Origin: an uncultured Candidatus Saccharibacteria bacterium
Lineage (GTDB): Bacteria > Patescibacteriota > Minisyncoccia > Phycocordibacterales > SBAW01
DNA length: 64,000 nucleotides
Reading direction: 5' to 3'
Assembly: GCA_964566795.1 (NCBI GenBank)
Contig: CAZMIU010000001.1
Coordinates: 479,090 to 543,089, forward strand
A program made the translations under genes and the position numbers. Position 1 is the first letter of the stretch; each line of letters opens with the position of its first letter. Positions 37,318 to 45,232 of the stretch are shown piece by piece. The notes beneath the pieces were generated by a model. The model was given only the letters and a program-made list of their open reading frames with translations, did no database searches and had not been told where the DNA came from.

Positions 37318-38314
37318 CCTCACACTGCTTATCGCGTTTTTGATGCCAACGTTGGCCTATGCGCAGTTTTTGCCTGAGCCTATCCAATACATTATCTCTC
37401 CTGAGGTACCGGGGCCCGGCGAGCAGGTAACCATCGAGGCACAGGGTGTTGGAGCGTTTTTGGGTGATGCCAAGATCACCTGGCAGGAGGGTGGCAAAAC
37501 TGTAAGCACGGGTGTGGGCGCACGCACCTACAGCTTTATTGCGGGCGGTGTCGGGAGCGTCACCACCATTAAGGTAGACATCGTGTCGCAAACAAACGGC
37601 TCGTTTACAAAAACGTTTGTATTCAGACCCTCTACCGTCAACCTGGTCTGGGAGGCAAACACATCGGCTCCGCCGCTCTACGCCGGCAAAACCCTCTACT
37701 CCGGAGGCTCGCAGCTAAAGGTGGTCGCATTCCCCAACGTGGTCATAAACGGCTCGCGTGTGGCCCCAGAGAGCCTCTCCTACCAGTGGACACGCGTCGA
37801 CCAGGCATTGCCGGCTCAGTCCGGGCAGGGGCGCTATGTTCTTGATATTGATGGCGACCAATTACAGCCTAGCGAGGATATTGGGGTAAAAGTCTACTTT
37901 GGTGCGGCGCTTGTGGCACAAGGCGGCATATCGGTGCCCGCAGTGGCGCCCGCAGTGCGCCTGTACGAGCGCGACGCACTGCGCGGCACGCTCACCGACG
38001 CGGCCCTGCCCTCGGGCATCTCTCTTACCAAAAGGGAGATAACCATAGCGGCGCAGCCATACTTTTTTGCCAGGACGGCGGCCGAGAGCGGGGCACTTTC
38101 ATACGCGTGGAATTTGGACGGCAATGAGATAGTGGGCCCCGACTCTGCACGCGGCCTACTGACACTCAGGCAAACCGGCAGCGGGGCGGGTGAGGCGCAG
38201 CTTGCTGTAGACATACAAAACAGCATGGACGACCAGCTGGTACAGGCAGCCAACACGCTGCTTGTCATACTCTTTGGCGGCTCAGCATCCGGCACATCAC
38301 TCTTTGGCCTATGA
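37301..38314 (+). CDS. secreted hypothetical protein (signal peptide), T4SS-like locus
   Basis: Signal peptide MLKLRNLTLLIAFLMPTLAYAQ. 17-nt overlap with the upstream gene. Confidence 0.65.
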   Translation: MLKLRNLTLLIAFLMPTLAYAQFLPEPIQYIISPEVPGPGEQVTIEAQGVGAFLGDAKITWQEGGKTVSTGVGARTYSFIAGGVGSVTTIKVDIVSQTNGSFTKTFVFRPSTVNLVWEANTSAPPLYAGKTLYSGGSQLKVVAFPNVVINGSRVAPESLSYQWTRVDQALPAQSGQGRYVLDIDGDQLQPSEDIGVKVYFGAALVAQGGISVPAVAPAVRLYERDALRGTLTDAALPSGISLTKREITIAAQPYFFARTAAESGALSYAWNLDGNEIVGPDSARGLLTLRQTGSGAGEAQLAVDIQNSMDDQLVQAANTLLVILFGGSASGTSLFGL

Positions 38315-38976
38315 AACACCTACTCCTCTTAAGTATCGCAGTATGTCTCTTTGCGGGCCCGCTCATGGTGGCTCACGCGCAGACCGCGGGGTTTGTGACA
38401 CCCTCAAACGGTAAAAACCCCAACGTTTTTTGTGCCAATGACGGCAAAGGCTCAAGCTCCTGCACCTATGTGCCGCTCGAGCCCCTGCCGTTTTTGCCAA
38501 ACAAGTATGGGCCCGAGAGCGGATCTATAGGCACATTTATAGGGCAGGGATTTAAGCTCATAATCGGTGCGGGTGCCGTGATAGCCGTTGCCATCATTGT
38601 GCTGGGTGCATTGACATACATGTTCTCTGACGTTGCAGGCAATAAAAAAGATGCGCTTGCACGCATCCGCAACGGCATGTGGGGCATAGTCATACTGCTC
38701 TCGTCCTACCTTATCCTCTATACGATAAACCCGGATCTTGTGACCTTTAACCTAAAACTTACTCCGCTAAACAACTACAACACGACCCCGGGTTCTAGCT
38801 CTGGTGGAACGAGGGTCATTGTAACCAACCCAAGCGGCGTAAATATATACAACGGCCCGGATGCATATGAGCAACGCGCAGCCGAAGAGGCTAAATGCCC
38901 AAGCCCCAAGTCTTTGCACGCAACCGGCAGAAATACAGACTCGCGGGGGGAATATGTAACCTATACCTGCATGTAA
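38311..38976 (+). CDS. pilin-like (VirB2/TrbC-like topology) protein: signal peptide plus two TM helices
   Basis: Signal peptide, then hydrophobic helices FKLIIGAGAVIAVAIIVLGALTYMF and MWGIVILLSSYLILYTIN. ATGA overlap with the upstream gene. Confidence 0.6.
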   Translation: MKHLLLLSIAVCLFAGPLMVAHAQTAGFVTPSNGKNPNVFCANDGKGSSSCTYVPLEPLPFLPNKYGPESGSIGTFIGQGFKLIIGAGAVIAVAIIVLGALTYMFSDVAGNKKDALARIRNGMWGIVILLSSYLILYTINPDLVTFNLKLTPLNNYNTTPGSSSGGTRVIVTNPSGVNIYNGPDAYEQRAAEEAKCPSPKSLHATGRNTDSRGEYVTYTCM

Positions 38977-38979
38977 TAT

Positions 38980-40233
38980 ATGCAAAACCTTAACCTAAGA
39001 CTTGTGGCGGAGATAATCGGAGGAGCGCTTTTTGTGCTGCTTGTCATCTGGTTCTTTTTCCTGCGCACGCCGGGGCTCGAGCCTACAGACACCGCGGCCC
39101 AACAAACATTTGGGACAGGGGATGAGCGCACCCAAGTTTCTCCCACCGCAAGCACAGGCAACGACGGCGCCGGGGTGCTTGAGTCTCCCGTGTCCCAACA
39201 GAGGGTATTTAAAATATCCGATGGGCCAGTCGCGGGTGCCACGTTTATGCAGGAGGCCCGACCCACAACAACGGTTGCGCGCTTTGTTATGCAGCAAAAC
39301 GGCCACGTGCTTGACCTGGCGATAGACAGCCCGGGCTCGGTTGCGCGTGCCATTTCAAACACGACTATCCCAGGCGCAAAAGAAGTGGTCTGGGAGATAG
39401 CGAAGGACAACGCGCGCCAAGTTGCACAGGGCGCCATACTGCGCTACATAGACCAAACCATTATCAAGAGCGTGTTGCTTTTGTTCCCCCAGTCTGCAAC
39501 CACAACAAGCGTAGCCGCGGTGCGTATCCAGTTTCTGCCGGACAACATTCTCTCGCTTGCCGCATCCCCCGATGGCGCCTCTGTTGTATACCTGGTTGCA
39601 ACCGCAGCAGGCTCTGACGGCTACGTGGCGCGCGCGGACGGCACCAACCCAAAGAAGCTCTTCTCGCTGCCACTCACACAGATGACCGTGCAGTGGCCAT
39701 CGGTGGGCACTATACTTGCCACGACCAAAGCCGCCACAGGCGTACCTGGGATGGCATTCTCAATCAGTGCGGCATCGGGCGCTGTCTCTCCCATACTGTA
39801 TGCCTCCGGTATTACCACTACAGCCGACTTTGGGTTTAATCAGGTGGTGTACCAAAGCGCCAACGGAGCAACAAGGTTTACATATGCCCACAACACCAAG
39901 ACCAACCTCGACCGGTCGCTCTCGTTTGACCCAATGCCCGACAAGTGTATCTGGAGCCGCCTGCAGACAAGCACCATGTTCTGCGCAGTACCGCTGACCT
40001 ATATTGTCCCGGAGTATAACGACCTGTGGTACCAGGGAGCCGACTCAGCCGCGGACTCTATCGTGTCCTACAACCTCATTACCGGCAAAAATACCGTACT
40101 CGCCACACCGGGCGCAGAGGATGGCGGCACAGCCGCAGACATAGCACACATGGCACTATCAGCAGACGAAAAGTATCTCCTGTTTGTAAAGAAAGGGGAC
40201 AGAAGCCTGTGGGGCGTGCGTTTAGCACGATAG
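38980..40233 (+). CDS. membrane-anchored hypothetical protein (N-terminal TM, large extracytoplasmic domain)
   Basis: N-terminal TM helix. Last gene of the co-directional cluster. Confidence 0.65.
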   Translation: MQNLNLRLVAEIIGGALFVLLVIWFFFLRTPGLEPTDTAAQQTFGTGDERTQVSPTASTGNDGAGVLESPVSQQRVFKISDGPVAGATFMQEARPTTTVARFVMQQNGHVLDLAIDSPGSVARAISNTTIPGAKEVVWEIAKDNARQVAQGAILRYIDQTIIKSVLLLFPQSATTTSVAAVRIQFLPDNILSLAASPDGASVVYLVATAAGSDGYVARADGTNPKKLFSLPLTQMTVQWPSVGTILATTKAATGVPGMAFSISAASGAVSPILYASGITTTADFGFNQVVYQSANGATRFTYAHNTKTNLDRSLSFDPMPDKCIWSRLQTSTMFCAVPLTYIVPEYNDLWYQGADSAADSIVSYNLITGKNTVLATPGAEDGGTAADIAHMALSADEKYLLFVKKGDRSLWGVRLAR

Positions 40234-40278
40234 AAAGGGTGGGGTTGTGGGGAATAGCTACAACCTATTTCCTAATCC

Positions 40279-40725
40279 CTACAACCTAAATTTTAAGACT
40301 ATGTGGCGAAACTTACCCTCGCCTGCCGACTCTGTTTTTATCTCCGGATCATCATGGAACAGCTCGTGCACCACCAGGCGCTCGTAGGGCGAAAGGGGAG
40401 GCATCTCTACATCGTGCTTAAAAAGGCGGGCGCGGGAAGCCAGCATGCGTGCCTGCTCTCGCACACGCTCCATTTTACTCTCGTGCTGGCCGTTTATATC
40501 AATTAAAAACGCCGCCGCGTCTTCTCCGTGGGTGCGCTCTACCATGCGCTTGGCTATGGTGTTTAGTGCGCGCACCACCTCGCCATCCTGGTTTGAGAGT
40601 GCCGGGTCATCGCTTTGTATGGCAACGAGTGTGCGGTGCCCCGAGGTTACGCTGACAGCGTGTACTGTCACGCCAAGCTTGTCCAATAAATCCTTTATGA
40701 AGGCTTGTAGCAAGGTTGGCTCCAT
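40279..40725 (-). CDS. jag: Jag/KhpB-like R3H-domain RNA-binding protein
   Basis: C-terminal R3H-like LSPYERLVVHELF. Located downstream of yidC as in jag operons. Confidence 0.7.
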   Translation of the reverse strand: MEPTLLQAFIKDLLDKLGVTVHAVSVTSGHRTLVAIQSDDPALSNQDGEVVRALNTIAKRMVERTHGEDAAAFLIDINGQHESKMERVREQARMLASRARLFKHDVEMPPLSPYERLVVHELFHDDPEIKTESAGEGKFRHIVLKFRL

Positions 40726-40777
40726 GGACCAACTATAAACCACCGCCTGCCTCAAAAACAGTGGACGGGGGCGTTTT

Positions 40778-41488
40778 TTAGTTTTCCTTTTTGCCCTGGT
40801 GGGTCAAAATCCACTCCTGGAGCACGGAAACCAGGTTGCTGGTGAGAAAATAGACTCCTATAGCCGCAGGGAAGGAGTAGGACACCACCACCATGAGCGC
40901 GGGCATAAAGTAAAGCATGAGGTTGCTCTGCATGCGGTGGAGCTTTTCCTTGTCGGGGTGTGTTGGGGAGGGTGTGCGGCGCAACGTAAGGCGTATGGCA
41001 AGGTACTGGGTAAAGCCCACCAGTATTGCCAGGGGAATGTGGTGCGATCCCATGAGATCTATAAGGCCAAAGAAGGTGGTTGATACCTGCGAAGGCACTC
41101 CTACAAACGAGTAGAGGAGCTCCTGGTTGATGGTAGGGAAGCCCTCACGAAACAGCGCAAAGTAGAGTGCAATAAGCACCACAAGCTGGATAATGAGCGC
41201 GCCAAAGCCTGCAAACGGGTTGACCTTGTACTTCTTGAGGAGTGCCAGGCGCTCGCGCGTAAGCGCCTCCTTGTCGCCCTTGTACCTCTCCTCGGCGGCA
41301 TCAAGCTCGGGCTGCATAGCCTGCATACCCACCTGGGTGCGTATAGAGGCGGTAAAGACCGGGTAGAGCACCGCACGCATAATAAGGGTGATAACAACTA
41401 TGGCGAGCACGCCGTCGCCCTCTGGCACGAGCCCCAACACAAACACGAACAGGTTATAAATTGGCTGTACTAGGAAAGTTGTAAACAT
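40778..41488 (-). CDS. yidC: membrane protein insertase YidC (short Gram-positive/CPR type)
   Basis: Oxa1-family 5-TM core. Follows rnpA. Confidence 0.88.
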   Translation of the reverse strand: MFTTFLVQPIYNLFVFVLGLVPEGDGVLAIVVITLIMRAVLYPVFTASIRTQVGMQAMQPELDAAEERYKGDKEALTRERLALLKKYKVNPFAGFGALIIQLVVLIALYFALFREGFPTINQELLYSFVGVPSQVSTTFFGLIDLMGSHHIPLAILVGFTQYLAIRLTLRRTPSPTHPDKEKLHRMQSNLMLYFMPALMVVVSYSFPAAIGVYFLTSNLVSVLQEWILTHQGKKEN

Positions 41489-41763
41489 AGGGTTGTGACG
41501 GCTTCAGGTGTGAGCGAGGCCGATTGTACAAAGAGTACCACGCGGGCCTTGGGTAAGGGCGCGGGAAGACTGCGGTAGACCATGCGGCGCAGGCGGTTGC
41601 GCTCCACGGCGCCCGGAGCAACCTTTTTGCTTATGACAACAGCCACCTTGGGGGTGGGGGAAGCCATATATTTGGCACTAAGCGAGGGTACCCGGGCAGA
41701 CCGACCGGTTTTCATGACCTCGCGGACCTCTGTAGCGCCCATACGAGCACGCTTGGGGAGCAT
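41470..41763 (-). CDS. rnpA: ribonuclease P protein component
   Basis: RNR motif (VAVVISKKVAPGAVERNRLRRMVY). rpmH-rnpA-yidC order. TAATG overlap with rpmH. Confidence 0.8.
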   Translation of the reverse strand: MLPKRARMGATEVREVMKTGRSARVPSLSAKYMASPTPKVAVVISKKVAPGAVERNRLRRMVYRSLPAPLPKARVVLFVQSASLTPEAVTTLCLQLS

Positions 41764-41900
41764 TACACCGTGGTAAGGCGGGCACGACCGCGGCGCGCCC
41801 TGCGCTTGAGGACTTTACGGCCGGTAGGGGTCGCATTGCGCTTGAGAAAGCCGTGCGCGCGAGCCCTTTTGCGCTTCTTGGGTTGGTATGTCTGTGACAT
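41763..41900 (-). CDS. rpmH: 50S ribosomal protein L34
   Basis: Hand translation [45 protein letters not shown]. Too short for the ORF track. Confidence 0.88.
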   Translation of the reverse strand: MSQTYQPKKRKRARAHGFLKRNATPTGRKVLKRRARRGRARLTTV

Positions 41901-41969
41901 AGGTAACTAGGACAATAGCACAATAAATACAACAAGTACAATAGCACCCAAACGGCCTAAAAACAACTT

Positions 41970-42335
41970 TTATTTAGAAGTACGAAGCTTTTTCTTAAAC
42001 CCTCCTAATTGGCTGTAGATGCTCATTATTTTAACCTCAATATCGTCATATTCTCCCTTGTTTATAAGCTTATTTCTCAGGAGAGAGTCGGTACAAGCGA
42101 GTGTTTCGTAAGCTGAACCAAGGGCTATATCAAGAAACCGGCTCAGTTCTTTTATGGAGTTTTTACCGCTTCCTTCGGCAATATTTAGCACTATAGAGAG
42201 GCTAGACCTGCTAATCTGATCTCCTAATGAACCTTTAAATTGACCGGGGAGGGAAGAAATTATCTTTGACATATCTGAAAACAGGTTTTGGCTGTCTGTA
42301 TATACCTGCCATTTCCTGAATCTGAGCTGTTCCAT
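41970..42335 (-). CDS. four-helix-bundle protein (23S rRNA intervening-sequence protein family, TIGR02436-like)
   Basis: SIVLNIAEGSGKNSIKELSRFLDIALGSAYETLACTDSLL matches the family core. Low-GC gene sitting between rpmH and dnaA. Confidence 0.65.
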   Translation of the reverse strand: MEQLRFRKWQVYTDSQNLFSDMSKIISSLPGQFKGSLGDQISRSSLSIVLNIAEGSGKNSIKELSRFLDIALGSAYETLACTDSLLRNKLINKGEYDDIEVKIMSIYSQLGGFKKKLRTSK

Positions 42336-42470
42336 AGCCCAAAGTTGTAATCTTCATCGTTTTAGTTGTCAATTGTATTTATTGTTCAGGTTGTTCTGTC
42401 GTACCTGTCAACTGGGGACTTGTCCCCAGTTCGTCCACAGGTTGTGCACTTAATCGTTATTTTTGACGAC

Positions 42471-42479
42471 TTATCCACA
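42471..42479 (+). promoter_or_regulatory. perfect DnaA box TTATCCACA upstream of dnaA
   Basis: Exact consensus 34 nt upstream of the dnaA start. Adjacent 18-bp inverted repeat at 42412..42429. Confidence 0.5.
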
Positions 42480-42512
42480 CACGAGTATCTTTAGTGTACT
42501 AGCTCTCTTTAT

Positions 42513-43850
42513 ATGACCACCACGAAAGAACTTTGGGAGAATACGCTTGTAGAACTGGAGTTGACGATATCCAAGCCCAACTTTAATACGTGGTTTAAAG
42601 ATACTCATATTGTGCGGGTAGAGGATGGCACGGTTTACCTGGGCGTACCCTCGCAATTTGCCCGCGACTGGCTCTCTACCAAGTTTCATAAAGATATTTT
42701 GCGCTCATTGCGCATGCTCTCGGAGTCTGTGCGCACGGTGGAGTATGTAATATCGCGCGGCCATAAGCGCCAGGAGGAGGCAAAAGCAGTGCCCCCGCCG
42801 CCCCAGGAGCTGGCACTTGAGCCGGTGCACCAAAAAACAAACCTCAATCCGCGCTTTAGCTTCTCATCCCTTGTGGTTGGGCCCTTTAATGAGCTCGCAC
42901 ACGCCGCAGCGCAGGCTGTGGTGCGCAAGCCGGGTATTGCGTATAACCCCCTTCTTATCTATGGCCCAACCGGCCTGGGTAAGACACACCTTATACAGGC
43001 GATAGGGAACCACTTTAGGACCAGCGCGCCCGACCGCAAAGTGTACTACGTTACCTCGGAGCGCTTCTCTATGGACTATGTCTCGGCACTCCAGGCAGGC
43101 AAAGTACAGGGCTTTAAGGAAAAGTACCGCCAATATGACCTCCTCATTATGGATGATGTCCAGTTTTTGGCCGGGCGTGACAAAATAAAGGAGGAATTCT
43201 TTCATCTCTTTAACTTTTTGCACGACGGCAATAAACAACTGGTCTTTACATCCGACCAGCACCCCAATGTGATACAGGGACTCGAGGACAGGCTTAAGTC
43301 GCGCTTTAATGCGGGCATGATTGTGTCTGTAACCCCTCCAGACCACCAGTCGAGGCTCGCCATTGTGCGCACCAAAGCCTCTATGCATGGATTTTTGCTC
43401 CCGGATGAGGTGCTGGAGTACCTGGCCACCACCATAGAAGGAAATGTGCGCGAACTCGAGGGAGCGCTCAACACGCTGATGATCCAGTTTGAAATGCGCG
43501 GCGAGCCTCTCAATATCAATGATGTAAAGACACTCCTGCGTGGCACGGGCGCCTCGTCTAAAAAAGCGGTCTCGGTACAAGAGGTGGTTAAGACCATTGC
43601 CAACTTTTATGGGGTAGAGGAGGGGAGTATTTATGAGAAGACCAGGCGCAAAGAGGTGGTGCGCCCCAGACAAGTGATAATGTTCTTGCTGCGTGAGGAC
43701 TTTAGGATCTCATTCCCGACTATTGGCGACAAATTGGGGGGCCGTGACCATACCACTGTCATACACTCCTGCGAGAAGATAAAAAACGACCTGCGTACTG
43801 ACTCAGTACTCTCAAACGAACTCCACCAGATCCGCCTTATGCTCAAGTAG
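42513..43850 (+). CDS. dnaA: chromosomal replication initiator DnaA
   Basis: AAA+ Walker A GPTGLGKTHL, domain IV HTH, full-length similarity. Confidence 0.95.
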   Translation: MTTTKELWENTLVELELTISKPNFNTWFKDTHIVRVEDGTVYLGVPSQFARDWLSTKFHKDILRSLRMLSESVRTVEYVISRGHKRQEEAKAVPPPPQELALEPVHQKTNLNPRFSFSSLVVGPFNELAHAAAQAVVRKPGIAYNPLLIYGPTGLGKTHLIQAIGNHFRTSAPDRKVYYVTSERFSMDYVSALQAGKVQGFKEKYRQYDLLIMDDVQFLAGRDKIKEEFFHLFNFLHDGNKQLVFTSDQHPNVIQGLEDRLKSRFNAGMIVSVTPPDHQSRLAIVRTKASMHGFLLPDEVLEYLATTIEGNVRELEGALNTLMIQFEMRGEPLNINDVKTLLRGTGASSKKAVSVQEVVKTIANFYGVEEGSIYEKTRRKEVVRPRQVIMFLLREDFRISFPTIGDKLGGRDHTTVIHSCEKIKNDLRTDSVLSNELHQIRLMLK

Positions 43851-44098
43851 ATGGGGATAAAGGTGGGGATAGGTGGAGTATAAGGATGTGGATATATAGG
43901 GGTATAGAGCTGAGTATAGAAATGGGGATATGTTGATAGAAACGGGGGTGGTAGTACTATGCACAGGATAGTTCGTACTTTATCCTCAGGTAAAAAAGGA
44001 CAACTTCTGGAAAAATAACCTTGTAAAACAACAGTATTCTGACTTATCCCGAGTATCCACACCCCTAATAGTAGTAATAGGTTTTATATAAAGAAGTT
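43851..44098. promoter_or_regulatory. candidate oriC: cluster of DnaA-box-like 9-mers and an AT-rich unwinding stretch between dnaA and dnaN
   Basis: At least seven 9-mers within one mismatch of the DnaA box consensus, in both orientations. AT-rich run at 44063..44098. Confidence 0.55.
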
Positions 44099-45196
44099 AT
44101 GAAATTTGAGACAACAACAGAAACATTCAGTCAGGCGGTCTCAACTGCAAACAGGTTTACTGAACGCAGGGCAAACCTGCCGGTACTTGGCTGCGTGCTT
44201 ATTGTTGCAAAAGGCTCTAAGGTCGTTTTACGCGCAACCAATCTTGAATGTGGGGTGGAGATCGTGGTACCCGCAAAAGTTGCGTCTGAGGGCACCACAG
44301 CGGTTCCTGCAGGGGTGTTGAGCGGCTTCCTGAGTAATGCGCGCAGCGCCTCTATACAAGTGTCTTTAGCGGGTGAGGTTTTTAAAATAGAGAGCAACAG
44401 GGCAAGTGCCTCTATAAAAACTATCCCGCATGAGGACTTCCCTATACTCCCTAGAGTCTCTACTGAGCAATCGTTTACCATCAAAGCGTCTGACTTGGTG
44501 CGCGCTATACGCTCTGTAGCGTACTGTGCCTCACTCTCAGCTATAAAACCCGAGCTCCAGAGTGTGCTCTTGTACGCAGAGGCGGGGAAGCTGACTGCAG
44601 TAGCTACAGACTCGTTTAGGTTGGCTGAGAAGCAGGTTCCCTTTAAATCCGGGGAAGATGTGCCACAGCTTTTGGTACCAGCGCGCAACGCGGCCGAGCT
44701 TATGCGCGTGCTTGAGCATGTGGATGGTGATGTTGAGATGTTTTATAACGAGAATCAGATTTCTACTGAGGCAGATGGGTTGTACTACACCTCACGCTTG
44801 CTTGATGGTGCATTTCCTAACTATAGGCAGGTGTTGCCAAAGCAATTTAGTACTGAGGGGTTGGTCTTACGAGAGGATATGTCGCAGGCGCTAAAGTCTC
44901 TCTCGATATTTGCAGACAAGTTTGCACAGGTATTGGTGCAGATCGACCCCGCAAAAAAAGCTCTTGTACTCTCCTCGCGCAACCCTGATGTTGGCGAGCA
45001 GATCTCGACCGTTAAGGCGACCATAGAGGGCGACCCTGTGTCTGTGTCGTTTAACGGCCGCTACTTGGCCGACTCATTGCAGTCGATAGTGGGGGACTCT
45101 GTGCGCCTGCATAGTAACGGCGCCGGCAAACCCATGCTTATAAAAGACGCCTCCGACGACTCCTTCCTCTACCTGGCAATGCCCATGAACCGATAA
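44099..45196 (+). CDS. dnaN: DNA polymerase III beta sliding clamp
   Basis: Three-domain beta-clamp similarity; dnaA-dnaN synteny. Confidence 0.93.
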   Translation: MKFETTTETFSQAVSTANRFTERRANLPVLGCVLIVAKGSKVVLRATNLECGVEIVVPAKVASEGTTAVPAGVLSGFLSNARSASIQVSLAGEVFKIESNRASASIKTIPHEDFPILPRVSTEQSFTIKASDLVRAIRSVAYCASLSAIKPELQSVLLYAEAGKLTAVATDSFRLAEKQVPFKSGEDVPQLLVPARNAAELMRVLEHVDGDVEMFYNENQISTEADGLYYTSRLLDGAFPNYRQVLPKQFSTEGLVLREDMSQALKSLSIFADKFAQVLVQIDPAKKALVLSSRNPDVGEQISTVKATIEGDPVSVSFNGRYLADSLQSIVGDSVRLHSNGAGKPMLIKDASDDSFLYLAMPMNR

Positions 45197-45197
45197 A

Positions 45198-45232
45198 CAA
45201 AAACTCCCGGAGGAATCCGGGAGTTTTTGTTA
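45198..45232. terminator. bidirectional intrinsic terminator
   Basis: aaaaactcccggaggaatccgggagttttt. Confidence 0.8.

Noticed and set aside
42864-44688. Long antisense ORFs within dnaA (42864..43673) and dnaN (44131..44688)
   Set aside because: Antisense to universally conserved genes.
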